From positions 325,376,001-325,440,000 of the forward strand of contig OZ024742.1 in NCBI GenBank assembly GCA_964016885.1: a stretch of 64,000 nucleotides of DNA. Direction: 5' to 3'. Each line of letters starts with the position of its first letter. Within the stretch, counting starts at the first letter, position 1. The DNA comes from Eledone cirrhosa. Lineage: Eukaryota. A model generated the notes under the pieces. It did no database searches and was not told where the DNA came from. It saw only the letters and a list, made by a program, of their open reading frames with translations. Shown one piece after another: positions 1 to 16,402 of the stretch. Both the position numbers and the translations under genes were made by a program.

Positions 1-2209
1 TATGAAAAAAGTTTGTCCTTCATCAGTGATCTTCCAATTATCATAGGCATTTCATCGCTTTAAAGACCATATACCTCTGGTTGGTGCGAGCAACGGCTAA
101 AAAAAGTCGTTGGGACACTAAATAAAGGGGACGCGAGGGTAAACAAACAAAATGCTGAGGCAACAGAAAGTGAGGAAGAAGGAGACAAGTCCCAGATCTC
201 TATGAATTTAAGTTCGGTGAAATCGTGAACGAGAGAATAAAGACCATCAAACCTGGTTGAAATGTGAGCAAGGAAGGAATTTCGCACAGGTCTAACGGGA
301 AGGAGAAGGGGTCTGGTCTGCGAATTCGGTAACATAAGTTCTGTGATATCGTAGACGAGAGAGAAAAAATTCCGACCAGCTTGGCCGAGAATGTGAGAGA
401 AAAGAGTTACTCACAGGTCAAACGGGAAGAAAGAGGAAGATATATATATATATATAAACATATATACATATATATATCTGTTTTCCTTTTATTTATATAT
501 GTATATATACATTGAATATAGTTCTGTCAACATTTACACAGAGATACGCATACAATGACTTTTTCAGGCTAGTACGTTTCTATATATCATGATTAACATA
601 ACCTAATTAAAAAAAGCTTCCTTGAAATTACCTTTATTAAAGCAATATTAATAACAGTTAGTATGACAAACATGGAATGGTCATTTGCAATTTCTTACAT
701 TTTTATAATACAAGGTTTGTTCGTGCAAACGTTAAATTTGTAAGTGATTTCACAGCATTAATTACCAGACAAATCAGTCTCATATATTTGTTTAAGAAGA
801 CAATCATATGAACAAGTTATATAATGTAGTTTTAGATACATTAACTCTAAGGAAAACAACAATGTGGAAACAAGTGGAATATCTCTCGTCATAGTAACAC
901 ACTAACAAATGTGACCGGTCCTTTATATAGTATATGGTTTGACTGTAATTTGGCTGCTATTTCTAGTAGTTCAATTCCCAAATCCTTATAAAGTCATGTA
1001 TACGTGCCATTAAAAGGATTTATATGGTTGCTTGATTTCCTAGATAACCGGCCGCATTGCTCTCGAAACATATTACCCTATTAAATATAGAAGAACGCAT
1101 TGCTTCACAGGGTCTTTGTTATATTGTCTGAAAATGCAATGGGAATATAATGGATAAATTATATTTTACATTGTTTCGTTTGATGAAACATGCTCTCGGA
1201 AGCTAAAAGAATTCCTACATCAAACATTATTGTATCCTCAGTTTTTCTCCCTCCAGCTCAGCACCACGTCTGTATGAAATTTCAAACGGTTTAACCATTA
1301 TATACAGTAACAACTAATGGATAGTAATAATCAATGCAATATATTTGATTATTGAAAACTTTCTTAATGCTCCAGTGTCAGAGTGATTATGGTATCATAA
1401 AATTTGTTGTCAATAATTCTCTTTCATTATTCCATTGGCAATATCCATATTTCAGATATATAAATAACAAAATAGTTAAATAATCTGGTTTACAAACACA
1501 TCAAAATCACAAAGTCTAGTGTCGATAGCTACGTCATAACAAAAGATATATAGAGTGAAGTATTCCCACTCGGTATAATTAATAAGTTTGCTTCTACCAC
1601 ACACAGACAAACAGGCGCGCGCGCACACGCATACACACATTAACACACACATACTCAGACAAACACTCATACACATACTCAGTATTGTTTATCTATATTA
1701 CTCTCACTAGAAATATATCCATGCATGATTTTTGCTAAGCATACTGCAGGATTACTAGGCAATTTCCCTAGGTGTGCGGTTTTGATTATCATGCAGCGAG
1801 CTCTTCTCAAGTAGATTCTTCCCAACTCTTATCTGTCTCTTGCAGACTTGCTCAATAGATGCGGTGTTGCGCTTAGTCGTTCGTAGATGTTGTCAGAGGG
1901 ATATGATGCGACACTTAAATGATATCTAGACTGATGTTAGGCCTCTGCCTCCTTGTTTACGCTTCAGGTAGAGTCGGTCTATGTTACTGATGATGTGGAC
2001 ATTTTCCGGTTTTAACATCGATAGCTCGGACTTCATCTATCGTCCAATCGATTATTCCGAATGTTGTGGTTAGAATCTATATATACAGAAAGGGAGAAAG
2101 AGAAATATGAAACTACTGTTGAAACGTATAATATAACCATACTCTACCTCAAATATCGAGTACTCTGTTGAGTGATGGCGTAACCAATTTCAAACTGAAT
2201 CAACCCTGA

Positions 2210-2269
<60 letters not shown>

Positions 2270-2437
2270 ATACTTGGGGAGGGTTGTATTGTTATATTAT
2301 TGCCAGAAATAACAGAACACACTCACTGTTTGGTCTGGGTTGGTTTTCGCTTCTGTATCTTTTATATCTCCATAGTTAATTTATCTGACAATGAATGTTT
2401 ATCATTGATTGACCAACGGTTAAAAATACAGATATAA

Positions 2438-2720
<283 letters not shown>

Positions 2721-4857
2721 TCTACCTGGAATTGTGACCGATAGATAGTATTAGCAATTGGAAAGACCAACGGAAACATTATTTCCTCGGTCCGATTTGA
2801 CGAAAGTCAATCGAAAAAAAAAGAATATATATATATAGTCTATCAATGTCCTTTCGTCACACATCTGTGACATCATCAGTGGTATTATTATGTTTCTTCC
2901 CGTTGTATTGAAATGCCTACGCCCTGTTTATTATTTTATTTATTTATTTATTCTTGTCTCTGTCTTTGTTAGCGCATGTACGTATAAACACGCACACATA
3001 TATTTTGCCAGTTTTCTGTGCATATAAAAAGAAGTAACACTTGTATGATTTAAATCTGAAGCATACGGTTAGAAAATTTCAAACTATCTGTTTATATCAA
3101 ACTGAAATGTTCCTGTCTACCATAACAAATAAATTGACAACGAAGTTTCAATTGAAATAGTTTTCTGGCACAAATGAAAGGAAAAATTCATTTTAATTCG
3201 AAAATAAATCTATATAATGAAACTTGTATAACGGAAACATGCATATTTATAGTGAAATTTGATGTGCTCTATTCAAATTCGTCATCTTCAAACAGAAAGA
3301 GAAAAAAGTCTCGTGATCGCGAAAGCAAAAACATGAGAAGAAAGATCATTGTGATATATTTCATATGACTTTCGAATAGAGATGCATAAGGAATTTGATG
3401 AGCTAGATCAAGCTATTGGCATAAAAAGAATATGTCAAATGTTGAAGCTGAACACACAGTTCTGATACTAAAATAGAATGATTAGAAATATCGTATACTG
3501 GTGAAAAACACAACGGAATACAACAGATGATGCGCTCCAAGAAGCAAATGCCAAGGAACAGCAGATAAAAAACAGAAGCAAAATAACTGTAATAACAATA
3601 ATTTCATTTACTCATAATTATAGTTTAAGGATATTATTTAAAATAATAATATTTCATTTTTCTCATAATTATAGTTTATATAAGGATAACAGTAAACGAG
3701 ATACATTTCTTATACATATACAGGTGTGTGTGTATGTTTGTGCATTGATTATGTACGTGTTTGTGTGTAAATATCAATATTCTATTGAGTTCTTTGATTG
3801 ATCTCTGTCTATTCAATTATTAGCTTTTTTTCATACAAAGCTCTAGAAACACTTTCCTACATGTCAACGTTTCGCCGTAAATTTTATTCACACATACACA
3901 CACACTCACTCACACGCAGACATATTCACACACATAAACACGCACACACACACACACACACTCACACACACATACATACACACACTCACACACACACGCA
4001 CACATATTTGTGTGCATATATATGTACATCTGATTTTGATAATATATATTTTATATATGCACGTATATGCATATATATATGTATGTAAATATGGCGTGTA
4101 TTATCGAATATTGGATAAAGATTATTGATTGCTCCTAAAAGTAAATTTTGCGCCTAAATTCATGCATGTAGTTATTCATTAGATATACATTTTAAAAACA
4201 TTGTTGTATCTATCATTGGTAGTTTGTTAAAGACAAGACTATATAATTCTATATGCATTAGGTTTACATACAATAGGCGCAGGTGGGATTCACTATCAGT
4301 CTTTATGTTTACGTCGAGTTAGATAGAAGTTCGACAATACGAGATCGATGAAAAATGTACCAGGCCGGAGAAAATAGGATGGAGAAGAAAGCCGTATACG
4401 AATCGATACACAAAATATTTCCATATAATAACCATTCCTTTAGTCTTGGGATTTTGGTAGCTTAGATACAACAGAACTTATATATATGGTTATTACATAT
4501 AAATGTGATCTATGTGGATTCGTACACAACTATATTGTTAATCAGGCTGTGTTATTGTTACCGTCAACTGTGTGTAGAAGTTTGTGTTTACCTACTACTT
4601 GTTCTTGAATATATGGAATACATGTACGCACACACACAATTACACCCCCTCGTATAAACACAACATTCTAAGCGGAATTGGCGGTATCAATAACACAGTC
4701 TAGTTATCAATAGGTAAATTCCTACATAAAAACACATAGAGAAAATCTACATATACATTAATTATAATAATTAGGTATATCAAACACAGAAGTGTTTGAC
4801 TTATCATTTCTTAAACTGTGTATATATGAATATGCATATAAATATATATATACATAA

Positions 4858-4932
<75 letters not shown>

Positions 4933-4954
4933 CACACACACATATATCTATCTA

Positions 4955-4992
<38 letters not shown>

Positions 4993-5453
4993 GAATATAA
5001 CGAAGGAAGTGTGGTAAGGAACCAGGTGGACCATAACGCACCAGAATACTCGATACTATGGGTAGTAGAGTGGGTAATAGGAAAAGAGTCAGGAACCCGA
5101 CAGCTGAGCTCCGACTGTTTCGAAAGTTATCTCTGAACTGAGTTCGTATCTAGCTCTCAAAACGGCCGGAGCTCAGCCGTCGGGGTTCTGAATCTTTTCA
5201 TATATATATAAGTATGTATATGCGTGTGAGTAAGTGTGCGTGTTTGTATATATATATATATATGTGTGTGTGTGCGTGTGTATAGAAAAGAAAATCTCGC
5301 TCTACATGGCTGAATACAATAAATGTAATCTGAGTTTTTCGAATATTAATAATAACATTCGATTCGTTTGCAATTTTGCAAACAAACCTCAATTTTATAG
5401 CCATGTCAGTAGAATGAACACTTCCTTCTTGCTCTTATGTTGGCATGGGAACA

Positions 5454-5502
5454 GAACTACAGACACTAATGTTTCTGGTATCACTTTTCATCAGTACAGC
5501 TC
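5454..5502 (-). ncRNA. Minimal type I hammerhead ribozyme candidate
   Basis: gagctgta CTGATGA aaagtgatacca GAAA cattagtg TC tgtagttc. 8-bp stem I with G-U pairs; stem II degenerate. Confidence 0.7.
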
Positions 5503-5820
5503 ACTGTTCACCTGGCAAACGAATCGAATGTTATTATTAATATTCGAAAAACTCAGATTACATTTATTGTATTCAGCCATGTAGAGCGAAATTTTCTTTT
5601 TTATTTGAATATGGCAAAGCCGGCCATTTATCTCTCGTATACAGGAAACTGACTGGCCAGTCTGCTGATATGCAAATCTGGCTGATCAGTGGATCTGCTA
5701 ATATGCAGATCTGACTGATCAGCCAGTCTGCTAATATGCTAATCAGGCTGATCAATCACTGTGTAATTTTGAAAATAGCATATATTTTCACTAGCTCTGA
5801 CAGTTTGGCAGGTGAACAGT

Positions 5821-5870
5821 GAGCTGTACTGATGAAGGGTGATACCTAGAAACATTAGTGTCTGTAGTTC
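5821..5870 (+). ncRNA. Minimal type I hammerhead ribozyme candidate
   Basis: gagctgta CTGATGA ag-ggt-gat-acc-ta GAAA ca-ttag-tg TC tgtagttc. GUC cleavage triplet. Confidence 0.78.
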
Positions 5871-6002
5871 TGTTCCCATTCCAACATAAGTACAACAATG
5901 AAGGGTTCATTCTCCTGACATGGCTCTAAAATTGAGGCTTGTTTGCAAAATTGCAAACGAATCGAATGTTATTATTAATATTCGAATAACTCAGATTACA
6001 TT

Positions 6003-6107
<105 letters not shown>

Positions 6108-6470
6108 GTATAGGATTATCCTAGATGTAGTAATGGTTAATTACTACACTGGATATGGGGATATGGTTGACGTACGGTGAGAGGTTACTCTACGAGTTAT
6201 GGAAGAATTGTTGAAGAAACTTAGTTCCTGATCCTTCTGTATACTGGAGTGTATATAAAGAATGTATAATAACAGGTAGACATCATAAAAAGGTAATTTA
6301 TTCCGTGTGCTTACAAATGTTTCCACGGTTGTACTACAGCCTATTTATGCTATGTGCAAATTTACAACTATTTGCAGAACTCAAATATCCATTACTACAT
6401 CTAGGATAATCCTATACCTAATAATCGCCTCCTACACAGTTGAGCAACCACACCGACATACGGCATTAAT

Positions 6471-8773
6471 ATGGAAAGGCATCATATAGGTATGTCACTT
6501 AAAAACATACCTATACCTAACAAAAGGGAATATATTCTTAATATGATTCAACTTAATAACGACTTCATTCGGCGTGTACGATGGAAGGCTTTCCATTTCG
6601 ATAAGGGACACGCCAGTCACTCGTCTGAATCATATGGTTTTAAATCATGTAAAATCCCACCCATAATCCTCCATATCGATGCTTTCGAACAAGATTTAAT
6701 GAAAACGACCATGAACATTAAGTTCAACAGACATAGAAATAATGAGCTGCAGAACAACATGAAAGCACTACTCCAAAGACTGCAAAATACCAATGGAATT
6801 GGTGAGAAAGCTGACAAGACCTCTAACGTGTATACCATGGATATCGATACGTACAATAACTTCATACGCAACGAACTACACAAAAAATATAGAAAAACAA
6901 ATGAAACTACGCTAGCAAATATTAACAACGAGGCATTCAAAGTGGTGAAGAATCTCAACATAGACGATAGAACCGAGCCAATTATACCCGCTACCCCCAC
7001 CTTTAACCCGAAGGACCATAAGGTAAATTTTGACTCTAACCCTAAGATTAGACTTATATGCCCTTCTAAATCAGGCATAGGAAAAATTAGCAAATATATA
7101 CTTGACTCAAGTGAAAAAGAAAATTGAAATTAAATTATGGGGCAACACTAGCGAAGCAATTCGCAGGTTTAATAACGTTAAGAATAACAATAAATCTAAG
7201 TTTATACAATTTGACATAGACGAATACTACTCTTCCATCTCACCAAGCACTTTACGTAAGGCCCTATCGTTTGCTAAGGTCAATTCCGACCTAACGGAGG
7301 ACGAAATTAATATTATTCTCGAGGCTAGAAAAACTATTATTAAGATTGATAACTGCTACTGGGAACGTAAGGACAGACCCACAAACTTCGACATTACCAT
7401 GGGTTCCAACGACTCAGCGGAGGTCACGGATCTTGTGGGAATTTACATAGCCCACATACTACATAGTAAATTTAGTAATTTACAGGGGGGATATACAGAG
7501 ATGACGGGCTCTTATTAGTTAATAATTTGAATAACCAAAATCTTGAAAGGCTACGGAAAAATATTAGAAAATCTTTTAGTGAACTGGGTCTAAAAATAAC
7601 ATACGAATACAATCTTAAAGTAGTAAACTTTCTGGACGTAACTCTTAATTTAAATACCGGACAGATACGACCCTTCCACAAGATGAATGAGAACCTTACG
7701 TATATTAACTTTAACTCAAACCACCCACTCTCCATGATCAAATCGGTTCCCCGGAGTATTTCTCTTAGAATCTCTCGCCTATCGTCTAACTCTGATATTT
7801 TTACTAAACACGCTGAATACTATAATAATGCATTAAGGAATGCCGACCACCGGGATACAATAGAATACATTGATAGGAATCTCCATAAGACACATAATTC
7901 TACACGAAATCAAGGAATACGTAACCGAGGGACTAAAATACAAGCGCACACACACAGTACCACCAGACATACTAATAATAGAAAATCACCACCAAATAAA
8001 TCACGTTGTAGAAAGTATATCTGGTATAATCCTATTTTGAATGCCTCGATTAGTACAAAACTATCTCTTTCATTCTTTAAGTTAATCAACAAACATTTCC
8101 CTAGTTCCCATAAATACAGCAACATTCTGAACTCTAAAGCTATTAGACTATCATACTCCACGACACCAAACCTTGAAGCATACATAAAAAAACTTAACTT
8201 AAAGCAATTAAATAACACTACAAAACAAAATATTTTAGTAACAGATGGGTAGAACGTAATATCTGCCTCCCAACCACTAAATGGGAGACGGGTATTACAC
8301 AATCCACCTGTACTGCTATCACAACCTATCCATGGTATACCCTCTACCCACAACAAAGAATGTAACTGCCATCTACCTGAAAGATGTCCATTGAAGAATG
8401 AATGCCTAAAGTCCAACATTGTTTACCAATGCACGGTTGAAACGAACGACCAGAAATGCTATTATATCGGATCTACCACCACCTCGTTTAAATCTCGCTG
8501 GTACCGTCATCGATTCTCAATCACCGTTTTGTGACCACGCTCGCCAACAAGACCTGGCAACTCCGTGAACGCAACCAAGAGTTCACCTTAAAATGGGATA
8601 TACTTTCCAGCGCAGGTGCATATCGGAGTGTATTGAAGTACTGTAGGTTATGTAACCTTGAACTATTTTACATATTAAAATCCAAAAACAAACTACTTAA
8701 CGATAGAATTGAACGATCATTATACTGCAACCACAAACTAAAAGCTAAATTATCTCACTATAAAATAACTTAA
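6471..8773 (+). pseudogene. Penelope-like RT + GIY-YIG endonuclease ORF, frameshifted
   Basis: Motifs NIPIP, ADKT, KDHKVNF..PKIRLICPSKS, FIQFDI.EYYSSI, FDITMGS.DSAE, G-YRDD (frameshifted near 7490), VNFLDVTLNL, CNC-x5-C, NIVY..YYIGST and CRLCNLE. Split over at least 4 frames, with a TAG at 8250. Confidence 0.92.
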
Positions 8774-9272
8774 CATTCGAACCCGTAACTATAACATCGC
8801 TTTCTAGCTAACCATCTTCTCTTCCCCCACATTACAAGACAATACACTGCTTATCACTATAAATGGTAACTCAGTGCAATTCGCAGATTACTACTACGAA
8901 CTCAAAGTTCACTCACCACATAGACTTCGTCTGTCCCCTCTCTATCTCTCTCTCTCTCTACATCCATTACACACTCTCTCTCTCGCCTTTGGCCTACCTC
9001 CCTCCCTCTCCACATCTATGAACCTGCCTTCTGGCGCAATAAATAATTCCGACCTTAACTATCAACGCATGTCTCCAAAAGTAACCAGTATAATAAAACC
9101 CCTACCATAACATTTTGATTAAGATATCTACAAACCACTCTCTCCTATTTCTCCAACCCCTGCATATATTTCTCTCTCTATCCCTCTCCCCTACTTTTCT
9201 CTCTTCCTTTTCTACTCTATCTTCTCCAACAACCCCACTTAAGGGTATTTACATTGTACATTTTAACCATTC

Positions 9273-9509
<237 letters not shown>

Positions 9510-9513
9510 ATAA

Positions 9514-9762
9514 TAATATATAGTAAGAAACACAGTAAACCGTGTGTCTAAAATTACAAGGGTTGAAAAACACACTCAGGGCGAAACAGATTAGGGATAA
9601 TCTGTCCGAGAGATATAATGGTTATTGAGGCGGTTTGTATAGCAATATATTTTTATTTTATCATTCTGTCTGCTTCTTGGTTAAATATTTCAAACAAATG
9701 TGATTGTTCAACCCTTGTAATTTTAGACACACGGTTTACTGTGTTTCTTACTATATATTATT
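9514..9762. repeat. Fold-back element E (HHR 3'-half)
   Basis: ~54-bp arms at 9514-9567 and 9708-9762. Inside: GAAA cagatta-ggga-taatctg TC (9583-9606). Confidence 0.7.
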
Positions 9763-9835
9763 AATCGGCTCAGTATTTTTATACTTGGAGCTTAATAGTT
9801 ACAGGGTTCCAATTGAGTTTTAACTCTAATTTTCA

Positions 9836-9872
<37 letters not shown>

Positions 9873-10190
9873 CTGTATGTATATATATATGTATGTATAA
9901 TTTATACATATTAAACATTTTTTCCGTTCCTTCCTCATCTCCCCTATACCTTTCTAATACTGCTTTTAGTCATCATTCTATCTTCTGGTGAATGACTTGT
10001 GTCCAAAACGGAAATATTCATTTCCTAATTTATTAAGCATCAAACTAATATACTATTTCTTAGCATTGTGTTGTTTGCTCTACTGATTCAGTTTCTTTTC
10101 ATACATATACCCCCTCTCTATCTCTCTCTATCTCTATCTCCCCCCCTCTCTCTCTATCTCTATCTCTCGATATATATATATATATCATTA

Positions 10191-11359
<1,169 letters not shown>

Positions 11360-11601
11360 GTGTGTGTCAGTCTATAAACATATGTATATATACGTACAAT
11401 ATATATAACGGGGAAGGCAACTAGCGAAGCTGGGGACAGAGTGCAGGAATAGGGCAAACACATATTTTCCGCTGTGGGAGCAGCAACATTTTAAGTTTTG
11501 CTAAGGGCCACTCTGATATACATATATCCGTATGTGGTTGACAGCTGAGAGAAATGAGTACTCGGTATATATATATGTATATATGTATATATATAAATAT
11601 A

Positions 11602-12925
<1,324 letters not shown>

Positions 12926-12932
12926 ATATATA

Positions 12933-12996
<64 letters not shown>

Positions 12997-13110
12997 AAGT
13001 ATATGGGAATATACCGTATGTTTAATTAAAAACATTTTGAAGACCAGACGCTATCGCTTTTAAAGTAGTGACTATGTCACTTACTTCTTTTCGGCGAAAG
13101 AAGGGAAAGA

Positions 13111-13151
13111 AACTAACAGTATGTTTCACGCTGTTGGCGACCATCAGAGCC
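13111..13151 (-). ncRNA. Hammerhead candidate, ~310-nt family (core mutated to CTGATGG)
   Basis: ggct CTGATGG tcgc-caaca-gcgt GAAA catactg TT agtt. Confidence 0.55.
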
Positions 13152-13417
13152 ACGCACTCCTTGCTTAAGCCGAAAATAATAGGAGCTGGATTCTTATAGA
13201 ATTCTAGTAACAATCAGGAGCTGATTATACAGAGCGATTTTCGGTCCAGCAAAAATCAGGTATTAGGATTGGTGCTCTGAAATAGCGATGTATACATGAA
13301 TGTATGTATAGTATATTTGGCCATATACTGTATGTTTAATTAAAAACATTTTCAAGACCATACGCTATCTGTTTTAACGTAGTGACTTACTTCTTTTCGA
13401 CGAAAGAAGCGAGAGAC

Positions 13418-13457
13418 GCTAACAGTCTGTTTCACGTTGTTGGCGATCATCAGAGCC
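13418..13457 (-). ncRNA. Hammerhead candidate, ~310-nt family
   Basis: ggct CTGATGA tcgccaacaacgt GAAA cagactg TT agc. Confidence 0.62.
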
Positions 13458-13837
13458 ACTCACTCCCCGCTTTCGCCGAACATTATAGAAGCTGGATTCT
13501 TATAGAATTCCAGTAATGATCAGGAGCTGATTATACAGAGCGATTGCCGGTCCAGAAAAAACTAGGTATTAGGATTGGGGCTCTGAAATAGCGAAAAGAA
13601 ATAAGTGACATAGTCACTACTTGAAACCGGATAGCGTTTGGTCTTCAAAATGTTCTTAATTAAACATACCGTATATTGCCAAATATTCTATAGATACATT
13701 CATGTATACATCGCTATTTCAGAGCACCAATCCTAATACCTAATTTTTGCTGGACCGGCAATCGCTCTGTATAATCAGCTCCTGGTTATTACTGGAATTC
13801 TATAAGAATCCAGTTTCTATAATTTTCGGCGAAAGCA

Positions 13838-13892
13838 GGGAGTGCGTGGCTCTGATTATAGCCAACAGCGTGAAACTGTTAGCTTCTCTCCC
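13838..13892 (+). ncRNA. Hammerhead candidate, ~310-nt family (core mutated to CTGATTA)
   Basis: gggag-tgcgt-ggct CTGATTA tagccaacagcgt GAAA ctg TT agct-tct-ctccc. Extended stem I with an internal loop. Confidence 0.55.
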
Positions 13893-14061
13893 TTCTTTTG
13901 ACGAAAAGAAGTAAGTGACAATGTCACTACTTTAAAACCGATAGCGTATGGTCTTCAACATTTTTTTAATTAAACATACGGCATATTGCCATACTATACA
14001 AACATTCAAGTATACATCGCAATTTCAGAGCACCAATCCTAATAAATATATATATATTTAG

Positions 14062-14147
<86 letters not shown>

Positions 14148-14149
14148 AG

Positions 14150-14846
14150 AAAGATTTAAATGGATACAGTTTAGTTGAAAGGAATTTATTGACACGTGTT
14201 TTTATAACAGTTACATAACCTGAAAACAGCTGCTATCCACAAAGTATTAGTTATGCAGACAATCAATATTTCAATGTTATTATTTACTGTCATTTCATCA
14301 GAATAATATTACTGGGGACCTGTTTGGTTTTTATAGAGAATATTAGGAGAGAGGGGTGAAGTTGTTAGAAGAATAGTTGAGGGAGTGGTTTTTTGATAGC
14401 AGTGAGAATGTTTGGTGGCAGTGAGTAATTAGATTCCCATCTGTTGTTTTGACATTTTTATAGAATATATTATTGGTTATTTTTCTAAATCTATAGAAGG
14501 ATTAGGGATAGTAAAGATATGCGTGGTTGGTTTTGTGTTTGCACTTAATTAACATTCAGACTTAATTTTTTTCTTTCCAGTGTACGTATCCTTTCACCCA
14601 CGCATTATCACACAAACATATTTGCACCCCTCTACAAAATACATATACTCACATTCATAGTAACATGTTCATACTTACATACATATACACATGCATACAT
14701 ATACATATACACACATGTATTCATGTACATACATACGCGTTGATGTGTGTACATTTTCATACTCAACTTATCTTTATATACACACGTATAGACACACACA
14801 TATATACATACATACTCTAGTCTATGTGTACATATATACATATACA

Positions 14847-14882
<36 letters not shown>

Positions 14883-15175
14883 CACTTTAATACATGAATA
14901 CACTTACATCTAACTATACACATCAAACATATATATATTTACTTATTTATATACATTTTCACATATATATACATACTTATGGTCGCTTTTAGACACATTC
15001 ATTATCGCATTTTTGCACCTATTCTCATCAGCATATCTTTCCATTATTAGTGTGGTAATTTGAGGTTATTAATGTACATATATATGTTGAGAAGAAATTG
15101 TTTTTATAGTTTACTAACTAGATTGAGGTTTATATAGTTGGGGGGATGTCCCTCTTTTATGTAATATTCGGCTTG

Positions 15176-15177
<2 letters not shown>
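14150..15177 (-). mobile_element. 3' end (last codons + pLTR) of the Penelope copy 2 family
   Basis: Reverse complement of ~47854-49012, including the ORF end TACAAGCCGAATATTACATAA, the internal microsatellite-rich segment and the HHR-like motif. Confidence 0.9.
14251..14307 (-). ncRNA. Hammerhead-like motif in Penelope family 2 pLTR
   Basis: CTGATGA aatg..catt GAAA tattgattg TC; stem I weak. Confidence 0.5.
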
Positions 15178-15263
<86 letters not shown>

Positions 15264-15265
15264 CA

Positions 15266-15353
<88 letters not shown>

Positions 15354-15355
15354 CA

Positions 15356-15450
<95 letters not shown>

Positions 15451-16051
15451 TCTCCTTAATATCCTTACTTTGTATATAAACAAGTACATAGATAACAGGT
15501 GAAAGGGAGATCAAGGAGCAAAGAAGAGCAAAGAGAGCAAGGATAAAAGGAGACCATTCAGAGCATTGGTAAAAGGTAAGCAGGGAGAGCAATAAGAAAA
15601 GGAGAGTAAAGATAGAAAAGAGGGGAATGAGAGGAAAAGTGGAGAGGGAAGGGAGGAGAGGGAGAGCAGCAATACTAATACTGGACCGCCAATCGCTCTG
15701 TATAATAAGCTCCTGATTATTACTGGAATTCTATAAGAATCCAATTTTTATAATTTTCGGCGGAGGCAAGGGAGTGTGTGGTTTTGCTAAACGCCAAACA
15801 GGGAAAAACAGACTGTCAATGACTCTCCCTTTGTTTTCGACGAAAATAAGTAAATTACATAGTCACTATTTTAAACCTAATAGTGAATGGTCTTCTAAAT
15901 ATTTTTAATTAAACATACAGTATATTGCCAAATATACTATACATACATTCATGTATGTATAGTATACTGGAGCATCGTGAAATGAAGTGATTTTGCTCAA
16001 GAACACAACACGCAACCCAGGAATCGAACCCACGACATGATGATCCAACCA

Positions 16052-16158
<107 letters not shown>

Positions 16159-16218
16159 AAGAGCGAGAGAGAAAGAGAGAGAGAGATACATATATCTATA
16201 TATCTTGATAATTATTTT

Positions 16219-16402
16219 AGGATTGGCAGTATCAGTAGAGGGTCGGTCGCCATGCTTTCCAGCATAGTTACGTCCCTTTACGATCCGAGTTCAAATCCCC
16301 CCGAGGTTGACTTTGCCTTTCATCCTTACGGGGTCGATAAAATAAAATACCAGTAATGCACTGGGTAATTGCTGGCCTTGTGCCTAAAGTAGAAACAATT
16401 AT
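16219..16402 (+). mobile_element. tRNA-derived SINE family A (Nin-domain-like core)
   Basis: A-box-like TGGCAGTATCAGTAGAG, B-box GAGTTCAAATCCC, core TTTGCCTTTCATCCTTACGGGGTCGATAAAATAAAATACCAG. Confidence 0.85.

Larger units (their letters stand above)
12998..14043. mobile_element. Fold-back array of ~310-nt HHR monomers
   Basis: Two tandem units (13021, 13335) face ~1.5 inverted units (13595-14043). Other copies at ~15675-15960 and 50985-51590. Confidence 0.8.

Noticed and set aside
1780-2050. SVYVTDDVDIF resembling an L1/Tx1 YADD motif
   Set aside because: Single short motif with no colinear support in the flanking frames.
6471-8773. Selenocysteine or programmed recoding of the Penelope ORF
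   Set aside because: The interruptions are scattered frameshifts and a TAG, absent from the intact relative at 45.8 kb; this is ordinary decay.
12998-14043. CRISPR-like or tRNA-array interpretation of the repeats
   Set aside because: Units are ~310 bp without unique spacers, the context is eukaryotic, and there are no cas genes or cloverleaf folds.
16219-16300. tRNA genes
   Set aside because: A/B boxes belong to SINE heads followed by a shared body; no acceptor stem or full cloverleaf.
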